Translations under genes and position numbers: made by a program | Notes under the pieces: model-generated | What the model saw: the letters and a program-made list of their open reading frames with translations, nothing else | The model's database searches: none | What the model was told of the DNA's origin: nothing | Shown: one piece after another, positions 57,491-64,000 of the stretch | Position numbering within the stretch: the first letter of the stretch is position 1 | Layout of the letters: the number at the start of each line of letters is the position of its first letter | NCBI GenBank assembly: GCA_963662465.1 | Contig: OY759599.1 | Coordinates: 2,944,001 to 3,008,000 of the forward strand | DNA: 64,000 nt | Direction of reading: 5' to 3' | Origin: Desulfatiglandales bacterium | GTDB taxonomy: Bacteria > Desulfobacterota > DSM-4660 > Desulfatiglandales > Desulfatiglandaceae

Positions 57491-59287
57491 TTAATTTCCA
57501 TACAGCGCTTCAATCTCCGGCATGTACCGCTCCAGCACATTTCGCCGTTTCAACTTCATGGTCTGGGTCAACATGCCGTTTTCAAATAAAAAGGTTTCTT
57601 TCAAAAACAGAAATTTCCTCGGGATTTCATACCCGCCGAATTTTCCCTTTAAGTGGTTTTTGATCGCGTTTTCGATCATTTCCCACACCCGCGGGTTTTG
57701 AACCAGTGCCTCGGGGTCATTGGCCAGGTTGTTTTCCCTTGCATACTTTTCCAGCACCCCAAAGTCCGGAACCACCAAGGCGATATTATAGTCCCGACCT
57801 TCGCCATAGACCATCACACTTTCAACTAAAGGCAGCAGTTTTATATCCTCTTCCAGGGCCGAAGGAAAAACATATTTTCCGTTCACCAGCTTGTACTGCT
57901 CCTTGATGCGCCCCGTAATAAAGAGATACCCCTCTTCATCCAGACGCCCCCGGTCCCCGGTCCTGAAGCCCCCATCTTCGGTCATCACCTCTTTGGTAGC
58001 CTCCGCCTTGTTGTGGTAGCCCTGCATAACATTGGGGCCATAAACGATGATCTCCCCATCGTCCCGCCCATCTTCCGTTGAGAACTTGTCGATCGCCACC
58101 CGCACCTGGTCAATAGGACGTCCCACGCTACCGGGCTTGTGGGCCGTTGGGCAGTTCATGGTGACCGCCGGCGTGGTCTCGGTAAGCCCGTAGCAGTCGT
58201 AGACCGGAACCCCGATATCGGAGAAAAAATGGCTGATCTCCACATTCATGGTAGCGCTGCCGCTGAGGGTCCCCGTAAGCCTTCCCCCAAACCGCCGGCG
58301 GATCTTACTGAACACAACGGCATCGGCCAGCTTAAATTTGAGGTCCGTCAGAAAACAGGTTTTCCCTTGCTCAGCCAGCTCCCGACGTTTTTTGGCGCTG
58401 TCAATACCCATGGTGAAAAGCATCTTGGCAAGCCCCCCCGTTTCATTCATCTTGGCCCATACAGCATCGTAAATTTTGTTAAACACCTTGGGCACGGCAA
58501 TGAGGAATGTGGGGGTTACTTTCGCCATATCCTCCGCAATGGTCGTGGCGTTTTCAATAAAACCCAGCGACCCACCCACGTGGAGATAAAAATACAGTTC
58601 ACCGGTTTGGCCAAAAGAGTGGGCCCACGGCAGGATGGACAGACCCCGATCATCCTTGCTCAATTGAGGATACAGCTTTCCCCCGGCCAGAACATTGCTC
58701 GTAAAATTGCCGTGGGAAAGAAGCACTCCCTTGGGACTCCCGGTGGTGCCCGAGGTATAAATCAAAACGGCGATATCGGAGGGGTCGGGGCGAATGGATT
58801 TCACTGGAGTTTCTTTCCCCAGCCGTTCCAATTCAGCCATTGCTTTTTCACCCTCGGCATCAATGATGAAAACCTTTTCAAGGGCGGGAGTTTCATCCTT
58901 GAACGTCATTATTTTTTCATAGATCGCCGGTGAAGATACCAGCAATACCTTGATACCACTGTCGTTGATGATGTGTTTCCAGATTTTCACCAGTTCGTTT
59001 TCATACATGGGAATGTATCGGGCGCCCAGACCATAGGCGGCAAAAGCAGCAATGGCCCACTCGCTTCGGTTGTTGGCGATAATGCCCACAGCCTCGCCCC
59101 TTTCAACGCCCACCCGGGCCAGGCCGCCGCGCAGGTTGTCAATTCGCTCGCCTAACTCCCGGTAAGTCATCCATTCATAGTTGCCCTCCGCGTTCTTCTT
59201 GCCGAAAACGGCCCGGTCCCCATGCTTATCGACGCTGGTTTCAATGAGATCCACCAGGTTGTCCGGTTTGTCGTACCGATATGCCAT
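57491..59287 (-). CDS. Long-chain fatty acid-CoA ligase (AMP-dependent synthetase)
   Basis: YTSGTTGSPKGV, YGLTET, RTGD.G, ITGRIKE, LTQTMKLKR. Confidence 0.93.
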   Translation of the reverse strand: MAYRYDKPDNLVDLIETSVDKHGDRAVFGKKNAEGNYEWMTYRELGERIDNLRGGLARVGVERGEAVGIIANNRSEWAIAAFAAYGLGARYIPMYENELVKIWKHIINDSGIKVLLVSSPAIYEKIMTFKDETPALEKVFIIDAEGEKAMAELERLGKETPVKSIRPDPSDIAVLIYTSGTTGSPKGVLLSHGNFTSNVLAGGKLYPQLSKDDRGLSILPWAHSFGQTGELYFYLHVGGSLGFIENATTIAEDMAKVTPTFLIAVPKVFNKIYDAVWAKMNETGGLAKMLFTMGIDSAKKRRELAEQGKTCFLTDLKFKLADAVVFSKIRRRFGGRLTGTLSGSATMNVEISHFFSDIGVPVYDCYGLTETTPAVTMNCPTAHKPGSVGRPIDQVRVAIDKFSTEDGRDDGEIIVYGPNVMQGYHNKAEATKEVMTEDGGFRTGDRGRLDEEGYLFITGRIKEQYKLVNGKYVFPSALEEDIKLLPLVESVMVYGEGRDYNIALVVPDFGVLEKYARENNLANDPEALVQNPRVWEMIENAIKNHLKGKFGGYEIPRKFLFLKETFLFENGMLTQTMKLKRRNVLERYMPEIEALYGN

Positions 59288-59458
59288 GTGATTCCCCCCT
59301 TTGCTTGTTTAGGCCCTACGGATTCATTTCATAGCTTTCTTTCAAACAGACCACATGATTTTCCCATATATTCTGAAAGCGTTCCCTTTTTTGTATCATT
59401 TCTTATCTCAAAATATAACCCATAAGTCAGTGAAACAAAACCGCTGCGAGACCATCAA

Positions 59459-59833
59459 TCAATGGAGTCCTATCGAGGCCTCATAATTTTTCTCAATAAG
59501 GCTTTCAGGAGAAAACCCGATCTGCGAAAAGAACTCTCTTAAATCCACACATCTAACACAAACAATCGTTTTATTTTTTCCAACCACATACTTTAAATGC
59601 TGTCCACAAAGATCTTGCCCCCGCATCCCGCTAAGCAGTTTGATTTTCCCTTTCGACCTTTTACCCTCAATCGTCAAATTAAAGGTGGGTTCTCCCTCTT
59701 TTTTCGCAGCCCAGTGAGTATTTTCCGCACTGATACATTGTTCCGCTAATTGTTTAAATGATAATCCCATGATGATTCCCTTGGTATCTAATCCGTTTGA
59801 TATCCGGTATGCCCGTCTCCTATCATTTTTCAT
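59459..59833 (-). CDS. Hypothetical protein
   Basis: AT-rich 124-aa ORF, no motif; the start may be the downstream MGLSF. Confidence 0.5.
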   Translation of the reverse strand: MKNDRRRAYRISNGLDTKGIIMGLSFKQLAEQCISAENTHWAAKKEGEPTFNLTIEGKRSKGKIKLLSGMRGQDLCGQHLKYVVGKNKTIVCVRCVDLREFFSQIGFSPESLIEKNYEASIGLH

Positions 59834-60003
59834 AAACGAATATGAGCAATAGTGTCAACCTTGAAGAGAAAGTGAAATGTATATCATCCTTTTGTATTGT
59901 ACCGAGGGAATTTTTCATTGTTATTTTTCTATTTTGCCTTTATATAAGGGGTCTCTCTGTTCCAATCCAGCCTTATAAATTCTGAGAATTTCGGAGGTAT
60001 TTC

Positions 60004-60273
60004 ATGGCAAAATTTTATGCGTTTCATTTTACAGAAGGCTGCAGAATGCCCGCTTTGAGTCCCGAACAGGCAGCAGGCCTCAAGCAGGCCATCGGTGAGG
60101 CAATGGGAAAAATGCCCGGAGTAATATTTAATGGTGTGATGTGGAACCCCGATACGGCTATTGCCGTCGCAGATATCGACGCCCCCGATCTCCAAACGGC
60201 ACAGGCGTTTTGCAAAACGATTAACTCCCCCCCCTTTGATACAATTGTGCCGGTTGAACCCTTAGCGCTGTAA
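60004..60273 (+). CDS. Small hypothetical protein
   Basis: GGAGGT RBS, 89 aa, first gene of a plus-strand run. Confidence 0.7.
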   Translation: MAKFYAFHFTEGCRMPALSPEQAAGLKQAIGEAMGKMPGVIFNGVMWNPDTAIAVADIDAPDLQTAQAFCKTINSPPFDTIVPVEPLAL

Positions 60274-60374
60274 ACAGAACCAAAAAAATATTGGATTGGA
60301 ACAGAGACCCCTTTAAAACAATCAAAAACGCTTCAAGAAATATATGAACGACCAAGTCATGCCGGAGGTGACTC

Positions 60375-60674
60375 ATGAACACACTTTCAAATGATCCATG
60401 CAATAACTGTGGAATCTGTTGTTTGACTTTTCCACTTCCTCCCTTCGATGCCAACGAATTGGTAAAAGCGCCGGATACGCTCCTCCAACAAGTTGACGCC
60501 TACGCTCACAGTGCTCGCTATCGAAATTCCAATCCGTGTCTTTGGCTGGATCTCGATTCCGGCAAGTGCAAACACCACAGATTTCGGCCGGTCCTTTGTC
60601 GATGGTTCGAACCTGGGTGTCCGGCATGCAACAACCTTCGTGTCAAAGCCGGTCTTCCGAAGCTTGCAGCGTGA
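60375..60674 (+). CDS. YkgJ-family cysteine cluster protein
   Basis: CNNCGICC ... C.WL....GKC.HH..RP.LC; GGAGGTG RBS. Confidence 0.8.
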   Translation: MNTLSNDPCNNCGICCLTFPLPPFDANELVKAPDTLLQQVDAYAHSARYRNSNPCLWLDLDSGKCKHHRFRPVLCRWFEPGCPACNNLRVKAGLPKLAA

Positions 60675-60684
60675 GTGAGGGGAT

Positions 60685-61299
60685 ATGCTATTTGAAAAAA
60701 ATGAAAATATCTCAACGCTGGACGACGTTCTCAAATCGAGCTGGAGAACTCTCCATAATGGCGTTCAAAATTTCAGGCATCCGTTTCACAGACCAACCCT
60801 TACCACCATGGATGACGATAAACCCCAAGCACGGATTGTCATCCTGAGGGGGTTTTCAGAAAAAGACCGAACATTGATATGTCACTGCGATGCCCGAAGT
60901 CCCAAGGTTTCACAAATCCAGGATAATCCCAATGTAACCTGGTTGTTCTATCATCCTGAAAAATGGATGCAGGTGCGTCTTTCCGGAACCGCTTCGGTCC
61001 ATACCGACGATAAAACGGCTGAATCCCAATGGGAAAAGGTGCGCCTGACCCATCGCATAAACTACTGCGCCGAAATCCCGCCGGGTTCCCCCACGGAAAA
61101 ACCGACTTCAGGTCTACCGGGTTTGCTCCGCGATAAAACGACTAAACTGCTTAACCATCCGGAGGCCCGTAAAAATTTTGCCGCCATTGTCTGCCGATTT
61201 GATCAACTGGATTGGCTGCTGTTGAAATTGACGGGTCACATCCGGGCTAAATTTCATTGGGAAGATCATCGCGTAAACGCGTCCTGGGTAACCCCCTAA
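60685..61299 (+). CDS. Pyridoxamine 5'-phosphate oxidase-related FMN-binding protein
   Basis: HPFH.PTL.T, P.ARIVILR, DARSPK, FYHP, QVRL.G, WL.L, W..P. Confidence 0.82.
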   Translation: MLFEKNENISTLDDVLKSSWRTLHNGVQNFRHPFHRPTLTTMDDDKPQARIVILRGFSEKDRTLICHCDARSPKVSQIQDNPNVTWLFYHPEKWMQVRLSGTASVHTDDKTAESQWEKVRLTHRINYCAEIPPGSPTEKPTSGLPGLLRDKTTKLLNHPEARKNFAAIVCRFDQLDWLLLKLTGHIRAKFHWEDHRVNASWVTP

Positions 61300-61302
61300 G
61301 CC

Positions 61303-62514
61303 ATGACCCATACCCGACAAACTCCCAATCGCTTAATTTCCCTTGCCGCTCCCTGCATGGCCATCTTTTGGCCGGGAGTGTTTATTTTTGGATTCCCAGG
61401 CATAATGGCGCCCTACTGGCGGGAAACCTTTGATGTCGGGCGCGGTGAAGTTGGGCGGACCCTTTTCTTTTTGCTGGCTGCCGTGGGAACCTTCATGGTG
61501 GTATCCGGACAACTTCAGAAGCGGATAAGGCCCCGGAACCTAGTGCTTTTCGGATCTATTCTCTGTGGGTCGAGTATGTTTTTGGCCGGAGCCGCCAAAG
61601 GGATGTCCATGATTTATTTGTGGGCTTTTCTGACGGGAACTTCAGTATCCTTTATCCTCATCCCGGCACTTTCCATTGCACAGCAGTGGTATCCCGAAAG
61701 ACGTGGACTTGCCTCGGGTATGGTCAATCTGGCTTTCGGCCTTTCCGCTGCCGTAATGTCGCCGCCCATCGCTTACTGGATGAATGGCTTGGGTTATCTG
61801 AGGACGACGCAAATCCTGGGCGTTTGTGCCCTGTTGACGGGACTCGCGACAATCCCTTTTCTGCGACGCCCATCTTCGGCTTTCTTATCCGTCTCCGCAA
61901 AGGCGGGGCCTTCTTCAAAAAGCATGCATCCCCTGACCCTGCCGCAGATTCTGCAAACTCACAGTTTCTGGTGTATATGGCTGGTTTGGGGTTTTGCCGG
62001 AGCAGCCGGCATTTCCACCGTCACACTGTCCACCACCTTCGGCCTTGCCAGGGGCTTAACCATGGAAAAGGCCGTCCTGCTTTTGACCGCCTTTAATATC
62101 ACCAACGGCACCAGCCGGCTGATTACGGGTTATTTCTCCGATGCCGTGGGTCGCCGCCTGACCATGGGGATTACGTTTGCCATTGCCGGCGTAGGGTATG
62201 GGTTGTTGCCCCATGTAACGAGTTTAACCGCCTGGCTTGTCATAGCCGCCATGGTGGGTTTTTCCTTCGGAACGCTTTTTGCGGTTTCAGCACCCTTGAT
62301 TGTGGATTGCTTTGGGATGGAAAATTTCGGCACTGCATTTGGTATGGTTTTCACGGCTTATGCCTTTGTGGCCGGCCCTCTGGGACCCTGGCTAAGCGGC
62401 TATCTGCTGGACCATACATCCGGGGATTTCACCCTCATTTTTCATTACCTGGGAGTTCTCTGCCTTCTTTCCGCCTTTCTGGTTCGATATGTAACGCCAC
62501 CGAAGCCTTCATAA
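61303..62514 (+). CDS. MFS transporter (oxalate/formate antiporter-like)
   Basis: ~12 TMs, QQWYPERRGLASG, G.FSDAVGR, FG.ENFG..FG. Confidence 0.88.
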   Translation: MTHTRQTPNRLISLAAPCMAIFWPGVFIFGFPGIMAPYWRETFDVGRGEVGRTLFFLLAAVGTFMVVSGQLQKRIRPRNLVLFGSILCGSSMFLAGAAKGMSMIYLWAFLTGTSVSFILIPALSIAQQWYPERRGLASGMVNLAFGLSAAVMSPPIAYWMNGLGYLRTTQILGVCALLTGLATIPFLRRPSSAFLSVSAKAGPSSKSMHPLTLPQILQTHSFWCIWLVWGFAGAAGISTVTLSTTFGLARGLTMEKAVLLLTAFNITNGTSRLITGYFSDAVGRRLTMGITFAIAGVGYGLLPHVTSLTAWLVIAAMVGFSFGTLFAVSAPLIVDCFGMENFGTAFGMVFTAYAFVAGPLGPWLSGYLLDHTSGDFTLIFHYLGVLCLLSAFLVRYVTPPKPS

Positions 62515-62534
62515 CAGGCCCAACTTCATTAAAC

Positions 62535-62600
62535 CCTCGGCATTTTTCAATGATGAACTGACCATAGACCACCAGCGTAAAAAGTTCGCCCAGATTGGCA
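62535..62600 (-). pseudogene. Short acyl-CoA dehydrogenase-like remnant
   Basis: LGELFTLVVYGQFIIE resembles a C-terminal helix of acyl-CoA dehydrogenases; only ~20 codons. Confidence 0.35.
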
Positions 62601-62674
62601 TCCTTGGCATCCTTCATTTCTCAGTTTATATTTACGGGTTTCTCATCATTCCCCTGTGAACGGTTACCCCTGGG

Positions 62675-64000
62675 CTATTCGCTTCCTGATTCCAGCCGTC
62701 CGTACTCCCAAAGATTACACATGACCCTTGCAGCACGCTCCGGCGTGGCATAATTGACCAGCGCCCCCGCGTTTTCAAGCGCCTCGATCTGAGCGTCCCA
62801 GATACCCGGCGGCGCCAGGATGCAACTCACCACAGGCTTTTTCTGACCCCATTCCATCAGCAACCCGCTGATTCCCTTCAATGCCTCCACATTGGCGGAT
62901 GCAAACATCATCAAAAACAGAATGCCGTGGACCCTCTCATCGTCCATGACGGCCTGAACAATCCCCTTAATGGCGTCTGAATCATACCAGGCCGGCCCCA
63001 TATCCACCGGATTGGTGCGAAGGGCCAGGGGGGGCAACAGGTCGTTGATTCGGACTTGGGTTTCCCCGCCAAACCGAACGATTTCAATACCTTCCGATTC
63101 ACACACATCGCAGGCGGCCATGGCCGGGCCTGCCTGCCCTGACAGCACCGCCACCCCAGGCCCTTTGGCAATGGGGCATGAGGCCAGGGCCTTGGCCGTA
63201 TCCAGCAAGGCCTGTGTACTGTCAACGGTCAGGATTCCCGCCTGTCTGAAGGCGTCCGTGTAAATTTCATGACGTCCCGCCAGGGAACCCGTATGAGAAC
63301 GGGCCGCTGCGTCCCCAACCGTGCCGCTGCCCGTCTTGTAGGCCACAACAGGCTTTTTTCCCCGGTGACGGGAAGCGGCGGCCAACAGATCTTTGGGAGA
63401 ATCGAGACCCTCCACATAAAGGGCCAGGACCCTGGTATCCGGATCTTCCACAAGATAGTCCACCATTTCCGCAAAATCCACATTCAGCCGGTTGCCCAGA
63501 CCCACAATCTTACTGAAACCCACGCCATCACGCATGGCCAAAAATCCCAGCAGATGAGAAATCCCGCCGCTCTGGCTCACCAACCCGACCGCCCCCGATT
63601 TCAATTGAGAAAACTCCGGGGTAAAGGAAGCGTTCAGACTTGCCATCAGGTTTACCATACCGAATGTGTTGGGTCCGATAACGGGGATGCCTGCCTCATT
63701 GGCAATACCGGCCACTTTCTCGTGGAGTTTTGCGCCGGCCGGATCATCGATCTCTTTGAAACCAGCTGTAATCAGGACAATGCCTCGAACCTTTGCGGTC
63801 GCGCACTCCCTGAAGACTTCCGGGACCCGTTGGGCAGGCACCACCACAACCACAAGGTCAATGACATCCTGAACCGCTGTTACGGAGGGCCATGCCTTGA
63901 AACCGAAAATCTCCCCAGCCCCCGGATTGATGGGGATAACAACACCTTTGAATCCACCATTCACAAGGCTCTTCATCACATGAAACCCGAGTTTTGACGG
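62675..64000 (-). CDS. ADP-forming acyl-CoA synthetase alpha subunit (acetate-CoA ligase family), 5' end outside the window
   Basis: PINP, ITAGFKE, IGPNTFG, SQSGG, LGNR, SHTGSLAG (phospho-His), NPVDM. Confidence 0.92.
   Translation of the reverse strand, partial: PSKLGFHVMKSLVNGGFKGVVIPINPGAGEIFGFKAWPSVTAVQDVIDLVVVVVPAQRVPEVFRECATAKVRGIVLITAGFKEIDDPAGAKLHEKVAGIANEAGIPVIGPNTFGMVNLMASLNASFTPEFSQLKSGAVGLVSQSGGISHLLGFLAMRDGVGFSKIVGLGNRLNVDFAEMVDYLVEDPDTRVLALYVEGLDSPKDLLAAASRHRGKKPVVAYKTGSGTVGDAAARSHTGSLAGRHEIYTDAFRQAGILTVDSTQALLDTAKALASCPIAKGPGVAVLSGQAGPAMAACDVCESEGIEIVRFGGETQVRINDLLPPLALRTNPVDMGPAWYDSDAIKGIVQAVMDDERVHGILFLMMFASANVEALKGISGLLMEWGQKKPVVSCILAPPGIWDAQIEALENAGALVNYATPERAARVMCNLWEYGRLESGSE

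Noticed and set aside
1..64000. tRNA, rRNA, RAYT, integron integrase, reverse transcriptase
   Set aside because: None recognised by eye; enzymes for the REP, MITE, attC and DGR-like signals would have to be encoded elsewhere

Overview
A 64 kb bacterial chromosome segment. Gene content suggests an anaerobic Desulfobacterota-like organism; this is an inference, and all family calls come from motif recognition without database searches. Backbone: (i) a methylamine/amino-acid catabolism-like cluster (AsnB-like, sarcosine-oxidase-beta-like flavoprotein, MBL hydrolase, non-pyrrolysine MttB, CN-hydrolase, MscS); (ii) a radical SAM-HK-RR operon plus a CoA-dehydratase activase; (iii) class III aminotransferase plus ALDH7, metF, ssb, rnj-ftsK-lolA; (iv) an Mrp antiporter operon flanked by signalling genes, and acyl-CoA ligases. 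Three accessory patches interrupt it. 7.5-10.3 kb holds a REP-carrying MITE with an 8-bp target duplication, an attC-like site, an Rpn nuclease with a candidate nested antitoxin start, and gene scraps. 14.5-21.7 kb is a ~7.1 kb integrase-less insertion bounded by a 58-bp direct repeat that duplicates the RR-stop/activase-start junction. It carries toxin-antitoxin debris and an IPTL-CTERM surface protein whose seven near-identical propeller blades vary almost only in two loops, with an adenine-centred, non-synonymous pattern; this is the most intriguing signal. 35.9-42.9 kb is a heavily deleted transporter/two-component relic. No rRNA, tRNA, CRISPR array, integrase, transposase or reverse transcriptase was recognised.
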